This document shows positions 42,691 through 51,507 of a stretch of 64,000 nt of DNA, piece by piece (positions within the stretch are counted from its first letter, which is position 1; every line of letters starts with the position of its first letter). The notes beneath the pieces were generated by a model, which ran no database searches, was not told the origin of the DNA, and saw only the letters and a program-made list of their open reading frames with translations. A program made the translations under genes and the position numbers. The stretch is from an uncultured bacterium (lineage in GTDB: Bacteria; Patescibacteriota; Doudnabacteria; UBA920), in assembly GCA_963749445.1 (NCBI GenBank), contig CAVVMJ010000005.1, forward strand, positions 34,915 through 98,914, read 5' to 3'.

Positions 42691-43527
42691 ATGGACCACA
42701 ACTGGCTGAATTTTTTGGATAAAGAAATTACCCTGCCGAAACGCAAACCGGTTAAAATTATGGCCAAACCTCCGGGCTGTTTGCGCGTGGCGACGTTTAA
42801 TGTGCATTTTGGCAAAAAAGTTTTGGCTATAGCGGAAGCCTTAAGATACAATCCGAATTTGGCCCAGGCGGATATTATCTTATTTCAGGAGATAGAACAT
42901 CATGCTAAAGAAATAGTTTCGCGCGCTGCTAAAATCGCGCGGGTTTTGGGAATGGAACATAGCTATGTGCCGGCCCGCAAATTGCAATTAAAAAATGGCA
43001 CTCACGGAATAGCAATCTTAAGTCGCCAGCCTTTAAGGGGCGCTCAGACTATCAGTTTGCCTTACTATATTAATTTTCCCTTGCGCCACAAGCCGCGCAT
43101 TGCTTTAAGGGTGGAAATAAATTTTGTTGGCAAGGCTGTAAGCATTTACAATATCCATTTAGACACGACTTTGAATTCGCGCGAGCGTCTTGCCCAGCTG
43201 CAGACGGTAATGAATGATATTTATCTACAGGCGGGCAAGAGCGCAATAATATTGGGCGGGGATTTTAACACGGCGCCTTTATTTTTTTTGGGCCGGATGA
43301 TCCCAGTTTTTTATTCCAACCAGAAGAAGAAGCTCCGTACCTATTTAAAAAGTGTAGGGTTTGACACTCGTTGCCAGACGGTTGGGCGCACTATGCGCCA
43401 GGGCGGTATGTATTTCCAACTCGATGGTATTTATACAAAAACCGCGCCGGTTGTCCAGTTCGCGGTGGAAAAGTCGGTCAGGGTCTCCGACCACTTCCCG
43501 CTTTGGGCGGACATAAAAATTCCATGA
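42691..43527 (+). CDS. Endonuclease/exonuclease/phosphatase (EEP) family protein
   Basis: The C-terminal SDHFPLWADI motif is typical of EEP fold nucleases/phosphatases. Confidence 0.65.
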   Translation: MDHNWLNFLDKEITLPKRKPVKIMAKPPGCLRVATFNVHFGKKVLAIAEALRYNPNLAQADIILFQEIEHHAKEIVSRAAKIARVLGMEHSYVPARKLQLKNGTHGIAILSRQPLRGAQTISLPYYINFPLRHKPRIALRVEINFVGKAVSIYNIHLDTTLNSRERLAQLQTVMNDIYLQAGKSAIILGGDFNTAPLFFLGRMIPVFYSNQKKKLRTYLKSVGFDTRCQTVGRTMRQGGMYFQLDGIYTKTAPVVQFAVEKSVRVSDHFPLWADIKIP

Positions 43528-43585
43528 CTTTGACATCACCCGTAAGCAGGTTATAATTAAATCATCATTAAACGAAAGGAATTTT

Positions 43586-43813
43586 ATGTGGCACAATTAT
43601 CCGGTGTTCAGTTTAACTCCGGGACAAAAGCTGGGCTTGGTTTTGTTGATTATTTGGAGCCTGATTTGGAAAGCCGCCGCGCTTTGGAAAGCCGCCCGCA
43701 ATAGTCATAAGGCCTGGTACGTGGTAATGCTCATAGTCAACACCGTCGGCATTTTGGAGATTATTTACATTTACGGTTTCAGCAAAAAATCCGCCCCGCT
43801 GCAAATTTCTTAG
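43586..43813 (+). CDS. Small 2-TM membrane protein, hypothetical
   Basis: 75 aa with two hydrophobic helices. Confidence 0.35.
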   Translation: MWHNYPVFSLTPGQKLGLVLLIIWSLIWKAAALWKAARNSHKAWYVVMLIVNTVGILEIIYIYGFSKKSAPLQIS

Positions 43814-43814
43814 G

Positions 43815-43848
43815 CTAAAAAACGCGCCACGATGTGGCGCGTTTTTTT
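43815..43848. terminator. Bidirectional rho-independent terminator
   Basis: AAAAACGCGCCACGATGTGGCGCGTTTTTTT perfect hairpin flanked by A and T runs, lying between convergent genes. Confidence 0.6.
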
Positions 43849-44948
43849 CATTGATACTGGATATATACTGGAATTGGGGTAAGCTTTAACAAATCGTCCG
43901 GCTGGAGCATTGGCCCTCTGGCCGCGTCGTTATTATAAAAGAGTTTAAAGCCGGTGAATTGCACGGGTTCTTTATAAATATATTGCTTGTAGGTATTGAG
44001 CTTGTTGGCCTGGCCGCCAAAGCCGTCCATGTTCATTACAATCTGCACCTCGGGCAGCGGGGTGATTTTCTTATAATTGGTCACCATTTTTTCGGTAAAG
44101 CGATGGACAACCAAAATTTTTGGCGGTAAATTGTTTTGTTGCACGATTTGCGATAAACACCCCGCGGCGAAATTTATATCATCAGCGTCTAAAGTCCCAA
44201 TGACCGTGCCCGGCGTTTGACCGTCTTTCATCGCGAACTCCGGATCTATCCCCAAATGCACGTTAGGCAATTTTAGATATTTTTCAAGTAGTGGAATTTC
44301 GGTTTGCACATTGCTTTGGCCGAGTTGGACATCAAGGAAAACTATTCCGTGAATTTTATCAGCCATGGCCAAAACTTTGTCAATTTCCGAATCCGGCATG
44401 CGCGCGCGAAACTTGCTGTCTTTGCCCGGGCCGCCCTGCGCCACCACGGCAATGTAGTGAAGCGCGGGAATTACCGGCGTGCTTGGGTCTGCGGTTTGCC
44501 ATTTATTTACTTCCGCCGTTAACTTATCGAGCATTATATTTTCCGGATACTCGCCCAACACCCCCATGCCGGTTGAATACAGATTGCCGTAATACGCGAC
44601 AATGCGGTTAAACGGCAGCAGCGCGCCAAAGTTTGGATAAACGGTTTTTATCGGCCATAAAGCCGGCTTGGTAGACGAAGCTGTTGTTGTGGCAACGACC
44701 GGCAGATTTGCGATTTCCATCAGTTTTTTATCATAAGCGACAAAATCCAGCTGCGGCGGCGGGGGAGGCGGGACTTCGGCGGATTTAATTTGCGTCCCGC
44801 GATTTTTATCAGAAATTTGGTTTGCCCGATGGTTTTGTATCCTGAAATAAAAAAACAGTTCAAAACCCAAAACTACCAAAACCAAAACCAGCCAAAAAAA
44901 TGGATTTCTGAGCAAATCGTTTGGATTTTTATTTGAGTCTTTTCCCAT
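43848..44948 (-). CDS. Membrane-anchored extracytoplasmic hypothetical protein
   Basis: N-terminal TM, a proline run (PPPPPP) and a large C-terminal domain without diagnostic motifs. Confidence 0.45.
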   Translation of the reverse strand: MGKDSNKNPNDLLRNPFFWLVLVLVVLGFELFFYFRIQNHRANQISDKNRGTQIKSAEVPPPPPPQLDFVAYDKKLMEIANLPVVATTTASSTKPALWPIKTVYPNFGALLPFNRIVAYYGNLYSTGMGVLGEYPENIMLDKLTAEVNKWQTADPSTPVIPALHYIAVVAQGGPGKDSKFRARMPDSEIDKVLAMADKIHGIVFLDVQLGQSNVQTEIPLLEKYLKLPNVHLGIDPEFAMKDGQTPGTVIGTLDADDINFAAGCLSQIVQQNNLPPKILVVHRFTEKMVTNYKKITPLPEVQIVMNMDGFGGQANKLNTYKQYIYKEPVQFTGFKLFYNNDAARGPMLQPDDLLKLTPIPVYIQYQ

Positions 44949-45020
44949 ATTTACCTAAGTATACGCCCAAACCGGTAATATCAAAAGCGCCGCCCGGGCT
45001 TGATGAGATTACTCGTCCAC

Positions 45021-45172
45021 AAAAAAAGCGCACCAACCTGATGCGCTTTTTTTGGCTCGGCCTGCTGAACGACGTTCGTACCTGTCTACAAATTGCTACA
45101 GTGTACCCCGATGCTTCTCGCGGTATTCCCGGAGAGATTCACGGGGTTCACTAATTCATTACTCATCCAAAC
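45021..45172 (-). ncRNA. Candidate small-RNA / 3'-UTR module, copy 1. It has the core ATGAATTAGTGAACCCCGTGAATCTC ... GGCCGAGCC followed by a rho-independent terminator
   Basis: The minus-strand sequence ends in AAAAAAAGCGCATCAGGTTGGTGCGCTTTTTTT. A homologous module lies at 46297..46445 and a partial core at 59126..59165. Confidence 0.35.
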
Positions 45173-45303
45173 CCACTACAATTAAATAACGAACTTGGAT
45201 GATGGGGTGATTGTGAGCCAAAAGGAGTCCTTAGTTCCTTTTGCTTACTCACAATCGCCCCAGATGTTGTTCTGACCAATGTCGGATGCTGGTCCGGCGC
45301 CTT

Positions 45304-45684
45304 TCACACCTGCTCGGTAGACGGCGGTATCGCAGCGAACGCTTTCTGCATCAGGCTGGCCATCAGGTTAAACTGCTGGATGCCGGTCAGAAAAACGGGC
45401 GGGAGAGACGAGTCGTCTGGCACAGTTGTAGCGTCAGCGATCGCTTTCCAATCATCTGCCGCCTTAGCGTCTTTATTAAGGAAAGCGATATCGGTTGCGA
45501 CAGCGGCCAGGCAACTGTATTGCGCGGTGAGGTGAGTAAGCTTCACGTGATCCTCCCTCATGTCGAGTTCTTTTGCTATCGCATTCAGTTGCTCGATACT
45601 CTCCTTCAAGGCAACCAGCACAATAGCCAAAGCTGGATTCACCATTTTTGGAAGTTCCTCCTTCCTTCTAAATTCTTCGGTCAA
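45304..45684 (-). CDS. Hypothetical protein, GC-rich. The true start is probably the internal Met preceded by AAGGAGG at about 45645
   Basis: Protein-like composition on the minus strand, whereas the overlapping plus ORF 45241..45738 is R/C/W-rich shadow. A strong SD sits before MVNPALAIV. Confidence 0.4.
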   Translation of the reverse strand: MTEEFRRKEELPKMVNPALAIVLVALKESIEQLNAIAKELDMREDHVKLTHLTAQYSCLAAVATDIAFLNKDAKAADDWKAIADATTVPDDSSLPPVFLTGIQQFNLMASLMQKAFAAIPPSTEQV

Positions 45685-45750
45685 ACACGGCCGAGAGTGC
45701 TGCTCGTGGCTGAGTGTAACATCCGTTTCTCTAACTAATAGTGATGCTCT

Positions 45751-46149
45751 TCACTTCTTCTTGCTGATCTTTCTGTGAACCGGTTTGGGCGACCCTTCGA
45801 CCGAAGTGTGTCGAAGCTTTTCCGCGCACAATTCGATTGCCTGCCGCGCGTCCTCAGGAAACTGGATGTTTACGTCGCGTAGTGTGTCGCGGGCCAGGGA
45901 CTCGACGCCTACAGCCTCGTCAAAAGTCTTTGCCGAGCAGGCCCGCTCTTGGCCTAATTTGACGAGGGTATTGACCGTCGCCTGCAGTTGCACTTCAACC
46001 TTTGCCGCCTTCTGGTGAGCCGGCTGAGCAACGGCCAAAAAAACAACTGCCGCCCCGACTACCACACCCAGCAGAAGCAGACCCAAGATCCGAAAAAGAC
46101 CAATCTTCGTGGGTTGCGGCTGGTTAGGCGTTCCCATTAAAGTTTCCAC
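45751..46149 (-). CDS. Hypothetical membrane-anchored protein, GC-rich
   Basis: 132 aa with one TM helix (GLFRILGLLLLGVVVGAAVVFLAV). Confidence 0.4.
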   Translation of the reverse strand: METLMGTPNQPQPTKIGLFRILGLLLLGVVVGAAVVFLAVAQPAHQKAAKVEVQLQATVNTLVKLGQERACSAKTFDEAVGVESLARDTLRDVNIQFPEDARQAIELCAEKLRHTSVEGSPKPVHRKISKKK

Positions 46150-46296
46150 AACTCCTCCTATAAGGACCAGTTCTACCTATCACGCGCAATCACTACACGG
46201 TGAAAATCAGCCGTACTGGCAAGGCTGACTGATCATTGTAACAAAAAACCCTTGAATAATCAAGGGCTTTTTTGCGGAGGTTCGATTGTCTCAAGT

Positions 46297-46445
46297 CCTG
46301 TAACAAAAACACCCCAGATTATGGGGTGGAATTTGTGGCTCGGCCTCCTGAACAACGTTCGTACCTGTTTAGAAGTTGCTCTTGTTTAACCCCCACCCCG
46401 ACTCACGGTACCTCCGGGGAGGTTCACGGGGTTCACTGATTCATC
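46297..46445 (-). ncRNA. Candidate small-RNA / 3'-UTR module, copy 2 (TAG ATGAATCAGTGAACCCCGTGAACCTCC ... GGCCGAGCC plus terminator)
   Basis: It begins exactly at the stop codon of ORF 46445..46657 and ends in CCACCCCATAATCTGGGGTGTTTTTGTT. Confidence 0.35.
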
Positions 46446-46657
46446 TATGGCTTTCTCCATTTGTCCCGGCCACCGACTTTCGTATCCCGCACTCGTTCAA
46501 TATGCGGACCAACACCTGGAAATAATTTTTGTGCTTTCTTAATTGCTTTCCCTTGGGTTGGGGCTATTGCGGAAGCCCTTTTAGCGCCTGCCTCTCGCAC
46601 AGCGTAATCTTTTTGTGGTCGCTGTTCCACATACACTTTCTTGTTTGGTTTATTCAT
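46445..46657 (-). CDS. Small basic hypothetical protein (70 aa)
   Basis: Lys/Arg-rich ORF immediately downstream of the 368-aa unknown gene. Confidence 0.4.
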   Translation of the reverse strand: MNKPNKKVYVEQRPQKDYAVREAGAKRASAIAPTQGKAIKKAQKLFPGVGPHIERVRDTKVGGRDKWRKP

Positions 46658-46667
46658 GTGTTTAATG

Positions 46668-47774
46668 TTAATGATTAAAAAATTTATGGTGAAAATAGTT
46701 TCCGTAAGCCTTTACATTTTCATTTAGCAGTCCATCCATGCTATGGGTTGTGCGGATCACCTTAAGCCCATCTCCGGTAAATCTGTCTTTTTTATGAAAT
46801 ACGGCGTCAAGCGCCGGGGCTTTCATAGCTATGCGAATCTGTGAGTTATAATCTACTAAATCAGGCAAAAAATCCCGCGGTGGCCCCTCCAGTAATAAAT
46901 TGAGTTTGCTCCCTACAGAATTTAGCATGTATTTAATGCCGGCCTGGATTATGCGATAGTCTGCCCGGCCATACCGCTGGCAATTTATGGATGCCATTTG
47001 TACGAGTGGGTTGTCCTGTAGCCATTTGACCCACCTGTGAAGTTGCGGCGTGTTTGACCAGTAAACGTGAGGAACAATCGGCAGACCGGCCGCCTCAAAC
47101 AACTCAAAGGATTTTAGGCTCTTTTTTAGGTTGAGTTGTTGCCCGACTACGCATTCGTAGAAGAACACGGAAAAATTTATGGCCGTTACCAAAGCAAAAC
47201 CCATTTTTACCAATCGCTCCGCCAGGCTTAGGCCTTCCTTTTCTTCCCAGGCTTTTTCGATTAGCGTGTCCGCACCCGTCATAAACAGTAGAACTTTTTT
47301 GCCTTCAAAGAACGGTTGTTTTAGTATGTCTTCCCGAAGTTTAATTTTGGGGAGGTGCATCCCTCCAGCGTATACGGACGGCGGCGAAGTGATAATGTCC
47401 TTAAGGGAAACCCCGACGAACTCCGTGTCAACAAGGTCAGAGTTAAACTTAAAGAAATCGCGAGAGACTATTGGAATGTAATTAGGGATATCAATTTCGA
47501 TCTTGTTTTTTGCAATCACGGAATTAAAGCCTAAACCATCAATTTTGTCTATTGTCGACTGAAGGCCAGGGTTTTGGCAGGTTATGATGTTCGTGGCGAT
47601 TGAGCCGCACGAGCCGCTAACCTGTTCCGCTTCACGGGCAAGTACATAGGGCTCAAATTCCCCTTTGGAAGCACGACAGTTTTTTGGGTACAGCGGTAAC
47701 TCAGATTGTGCGGCGGAAGTCACCATAGGCATCCTTTCCTTTCCTACGGACAGCACCCTGATAGCGTACCCCAC
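46668..47774 (-). CDS. Hypothetical protein (368 aa) with no recognisable family, divergent from the XRE/ImmA pair
   Basis: Protein-like ORF. The 460-bp upstream region is shared with the divergently transcribed XRE gene. Confidence 0.45.
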   Translation of the reverse strand: MGYAIRVLSVGKERMPMVTSAAQSELPLYPKNCRASKGEFEPYVLAREAEQVSGSCGSIATNIITCQNPGLQSTIDKIDGLGFNSVIAKNKIEIDIPNYIPIVSRDFFKFNSDLVDTEFVGVSLKDIITSPPSVYAGGMHLPKIKLREDILKQPFFEGKKVLLFMTGADTLIEKAWEEKEGLSLAERLVKMGFALVTAINFSVFFYECVVGQQLNLKKSLKSFELFEAAGLPIVPHVYWSNTPQLHRWVKWLQDNPLVQMASINCQRYGRADYRIIQAGIKYMLNSVGSKLNLLLEGPPRDFLPDLVDYNSQIRIAMKAPALDAVFHKKDRFTGDGLKVIRTTHSMDGLLNENVKAYGNYFHHKFFNH

Positions 47775-48242
47775 CTTTTATACAGAGTAAAATCAGGGGA
47801 GCTTGGCGAGACGTCAGGATTGCGATCTTGGCGACGCCAGCGTATATTTCAATTTTGTCTTTTACGATTACGAGTGTCAATTTTGTCCCCGCCGGTAACG
47901 CCGGGCGTTCCGGAAGCTTTGCGACAAATGATACTGGGCAGACACTCGGATTAAAGTTTTGTTTTTGTGAAGACACGCTTCCTGCCACCCCTTGACTCTT
48001 CGTTGGGGTTGTAGCCGCATGGACGCTCGGTGCGCCCACATCCGACGGCTTCCTTTTCCCTGAACCTGAACCCATAAATTTCCTTTCGACGGATTGGCTT
48101 GACCATCCGCGTAAATAATGTTAATTTGTATACAGGAGGTAAACCAAATATACAATCTTAATCTGTATGATAACATATCCTTTTGTATAGTCAAGGGCTT
48201 TTCCAAGACAAATACTAAGGATTTTATAATTCAACCTTAAAT

Positions 48243-48563
48243 ATGCAGGAAATTAGCAAATATATTGGCAAGAAAATACGCGATATAAGGGAAGAAAAAG
48301 GTGTTACTCAAAAAGAACTAGGGGAATTATTAAGCTATTCCCCCATGGGAATATCCCATTTTGAAAATGGCATACGCGATCTTAGACTTTCGGACATAAA
48401 GAAACTGGCCGAATATTTTAAGGTCGATTTGTCTTACTTTTTACCTGAGGGGAGCAACCCAGTACCAGAACCCACTTTTTTTAGGGCAGACGCGTCTAAC
48501 GATCCCCATGTAGAAAAATCGCTTGATGATTTTGATGCTTACTTGAATAAACTACAAAAATAA
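48243..48563 (+). CDS. XRE-family helix-turn-helix transcriptional regulator
   Basis: IRDIREEKGVTQKELGELLSYSPMGISHFENG Cro/C1-type HTH. Confidence 0.75.
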   Translation: MQEISKYIGKKIRDIREEKGVTQKELGELLSYSPMGISHFENGIRDLRLSDIKKLAEYFKVDLSYFLPEGSNPVPEPTFFRADASNDPHVEKSLDDFDAYLNKLQK

Positions 48564-49040
48564 ATGAACAATCACAGGTCATACATAGAAGAATTGGCAA
48601 ATAAAGCTTTGGAGAGTGGCGGCTGCACAAAGCCGCCCGTACCAGTAGAGGACATCGCCAAAAAAATTGGTTTGACGGTGGTTATGTTTGATTTCCCCCA
48701 GACAATTTCTGGCGTGTTAAAAAAAGAAAAAAAAGCTATTGGAGTAAATCAAAACCACCACCCGTTGAGAAGAAGGTTCACAGTTTCTCATGAGTTGGGC
48801 CACTTCCTTCTTGGTCATGAAGGATACAAGGACGAAGAATTTATTGATGACAGGTTTGATCGGCCCATCCCTCTGGAGAGGGAGGCTAACCTTTTTGCTT
48901 CTTTTTTGTTAATGCCTAAAAAGTGGGTCGAGGAGAGTATTAAAAAAAATGGTATGGAAATTCCAAGGCTGGCCAAGGAATTCCAGGTTAGTGAGCAGGC
49001 CATGACTATAAGATTATTAGAACTAAACTTGATAAAATAA
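48564..49040 (+). CDS. ImmA/IrrE-family metallopeptidase (DUF955)
   Basis: HELGHFLLGH HEXXH motif. It is adjacent to and co-oriented with the XRE gene, the classic XRE-ImmA module. Confidence 0.75.
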   Translation: MNNHRSYIEELANKALESGGCTKPPVPVEDIAKKIGLTVVMFDFPQTISGVLKKEKKAIGVNQNHHPLRRRFTVSHELGHFLLGHEGYKDEEFIDDRFDRPIPLEREANLFASFLLMPKKWVEESIKKNGMEIPRLAKEFQVSEQAMTIRLLELNLIK

Positions 49041-49087
49041 AACAGCCGCCCTGTAGGGGCGGTTGTTTATAAACCTTTAAAATTAAT

Positions 49088-51505
49088 TTACTTTGGTATA
49101 GGCGTGGCATTTATCTCAAGCACCTTCATCACTTCATCTCCATAATGGTTAATTACCTTTACAGCTATCTTGCCAGTTTTAGGTTTTGGGAATGGACGGG
49201 ATACTGTGGAATATAACTCGTCCCAGGATTCTTCGCTAATATCAGCCTTTAGGGCTTTCTTAAGTTTTTCGTAAGGCTTGTCTGCACCAAGAAAGTAAGC
49301 GTGAGTAATAAAAAACGCTTCGCTGTTATAGTTGGTATCTATGAACCATGCCGCTATTTCGTGTTCTGTATCCCCAGAGCCACTGGAACGAATTTCGCTT
49401 TTGACTGGATCGTAAATATCTACGCCCATTACCTCCACCACCACACCGTCTTTGGTCTCTTTGACTTTTACGTCCGGTTCACCGAAGGCGAGGAATAAGT
49501 TACCTGAACCGGTCTTCTTGAGCAAATCACCCATGGACAAATCCGGATTGATTTTCACTTTCATTATTTGTAATCCATTTGATTGTGTACCTTCTGAAAA
49601 CGCAGAAGCTTCAAATGACGTGGCGGCAACAACTAAAAGATCGGCAAATTTTTTGGCAACTGTAGCGGCGTCACGGATGAAATCGTCATCTACACTACCG
49701 AATTCAGGGCCGATAGAAACCGCCACTTTTTTGAGTCCGTTATTCGTTTTATATTCTCCAACAGCTTGCACTTCTGGACCGCTTGGTAAAATATCCAAAT
49801 TTACAAACTCTACTCGCGCGCCTTTTTCACCAGTTTGTACGCCGGATTTTAAAAGATTACTGACAACAGTTTCCGCAAATCTTTCGGAAGACAACATCTC
49901 CTGTGCGTCAGAAACGCGATGCGGAGAAAGTGATTCAACGGTAAAAGGTCCAGTTACACGAACAACATTTTTATTTTCAGTAGGTTGATCATATAGAATC
50001 TCCTGCTCCGCCGCTTCATCATTGGCAAGCGATTTTAAGGTTATATGAGGCACATTTTTATATTCAAACCCAGCCGAAACAATGTGTTCGTCTATGAGTT
50101 TGTAATATGGAAATTTGGCAGTCATTAAACGAGTCCTTGCGAGGGCCAATGAAACACGCGAAGTATCAATTGTAATCCAGCGTCTGCCCCACTGCTCGGC
50201 TACAAAAGCAGTTGTGCCGGAACCGCAAGTTGGGTCGAGTACAATATCTCCCGGGTCTGTGGTCATTAATAAACATCTTTCCACTACAAAATTTGAGGTT
50301 TCAACAATGTAACTCCTTTGACTTGGTCCATTTGTGTCATACCAAAAATTAGTAATTTTTTGATAAGGAAAATCGGAACTAAACATTGCATAAGAGAGGC
50401 TTTGACCCTCTGACTTTATACGGTCCAATTTTATTAATTTCTCTAATTTATCTTTTTCAACAATCCAACTAAACCCGCGTGGAAAAGAGTACTCCTTACC
50501 TTTAAAACTAATGGAATAATCATTCCCAGAAGAATATCCTGGAGCTCTTAATGAAACTAATCTGTACCAATCACCGCGCTCATCTTTGTTCCACCTTGAT
50601 TTATTATCCGGGATATACTCTTGATAAAGTTGTCTATATTTTAACCTTTCTTTATCTTTTCCATACCAAATGATAAAATCATTCATTGTATCTAAATATT
50701 TAGCACCTAATGGCATTGTTTTTTTTCTAAATGGAATTAGCGAGACAAAATTATCTGGACCAAAAACTTCATCTATTACATTTCTAACAAGATGAACATT
50801 TTCCTCGTTGATTTGAACAAAACAACTTCCGCTCTCAGTTAACAGCTCGCGCACCACTAATAGACGATCTCGTAAATAAGAAAGGTAGGAATGGATTCCA
50901 AGTTCCCATGTATCACGAAAAGCCTTAACCTGCTCGGGTTGACGGATAAAATCCTCCAATTTATTGTCTTTCACATCTCGGTTACGTGTGGATACCTGCC
51001 AATTGGAACCAAACTTAATACCATACGGTGGATCAATATAAATTGTTTGCACCCTACCGCGCATTCCCTCTTTTTCCAACAAACTATTCATCACAAGTAG
51101 TGAATCACCCAGAACCATCCGATTCTGCCAATTGTCCTCGTGCTTGTAAAAATCTACGGCTTTGCTAAATTGCGCTTCGGCCGTTTCACCAAAAAGCATC
51201 TGCTGTGAATTATCACTGGTACCTGCTTTGAGACGAGCAATAATTGCCTCGGGTGCTATTTTTTCCTGTACATAAATAGGTACCGTTGGCACGGCAAACT
51301 CGGTTCCTTGTTCTTGTTTTCCAGCCCAAACAAGCTGGGGGTCAAGCGACGGATCGTAAGCATAATGCGTTTTTACTGGCTGTTTATCACGGGCAGAAAG
51401 TTTAACGGATTCTTCTTGCGTAGGAATACGTACGCGTTTGGCGTCATGCGTGTATGATTTTACGGGTGCGGCGGTAGTTGGTTGTGATATTTTTTTCTTT
51501 GGCAT
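49088..51505 (-). CDS. mod: Type III restriction-modification N6-adenine DNA methyltransferase (Mod-like, beta class) with an extended C-terminal region
   Basis: YIDPPYGIKF (motif IV) precedes DPTCGSGTT (motif I), the permuted beta arrangement. There are about 370 aa after motif I. Confidence 0.8.
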   Translation of the reverse strand: MPKKKISQPTTAAPVKSYTHDAKRVRIPTQEESVKLSARDKQPVKTHYAYDPSLDPQLVWAGKQEQGTEFAVPTVPIYVQEKIAPEAIIARLKAGTSDNSQQMLFGETAEAQFSKAVDFYKHEDNWQNRMVLGDSLLVMNSLLEKEGMRGRVQTIYIDPPYGIKFGSNWQVSTRNRDVKDNKLEDFIRQPEQVKAFRDTWELGIHSYLSYLRDRLLVVRELLTESGSCFVQINEENVHLVRNVIDEVFGPDNFVSLIPFRKKTMPLGAKYLDTMNDFIIWYGKDKERLKYRQLYQEYIPDNKSRWNKDERGDWYRLVSLRAPGYSSGNDYSISFKGKEYSFPRGFSWIVEKDKLEKLIKLDRIKSEGQSLSYAMFSSDFPYQKITNFWYDTNGPSQRSYIVETSNFVVERCLLMTTDPGDIVLDPTCGSGTTAFVAEQWGRRWITIDTSRVSLALARTRLMTAKFPYYKLIDEHIVSAGFEYKNVPHITLKSLANDEAAEQEILYDQPTENKNVVRVTGPFTVESLSPHRVSDAQEMLSSERFAETVVSNLLKSGVQTGEKGARVEFVNLDILPSGPEVQAVGEYKTNNGLKKVAVSIGPEFGSVDDDFIRDAATVAKKFADLLVVAATSFEASAFSEGTQSNGLQIMKVKINPDLSMGDLLKKTGSGNLFLAFGEPDVKVKETKDGVVVEVMGVDIYDPVKSEIRSSGSGDTEHEIAAWFIDTNYNSEAFFITHAYFLGADKPYEKLKKALKADISEESWDELYSTVSRPFPKPKTGKIAVKVINHYGDEVMKVLEINATPIPK

Positions 51506-51507
51506 AA

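Noticed and set aside
47701-48075. 124-aa minus-strand ORF overlapping the start of the 368-aa gene
   Set aside because: Different frame, lies in the long divergent promoter region, no RBS evident. Possibly a frameshifted N-terminal extension but unsupported.
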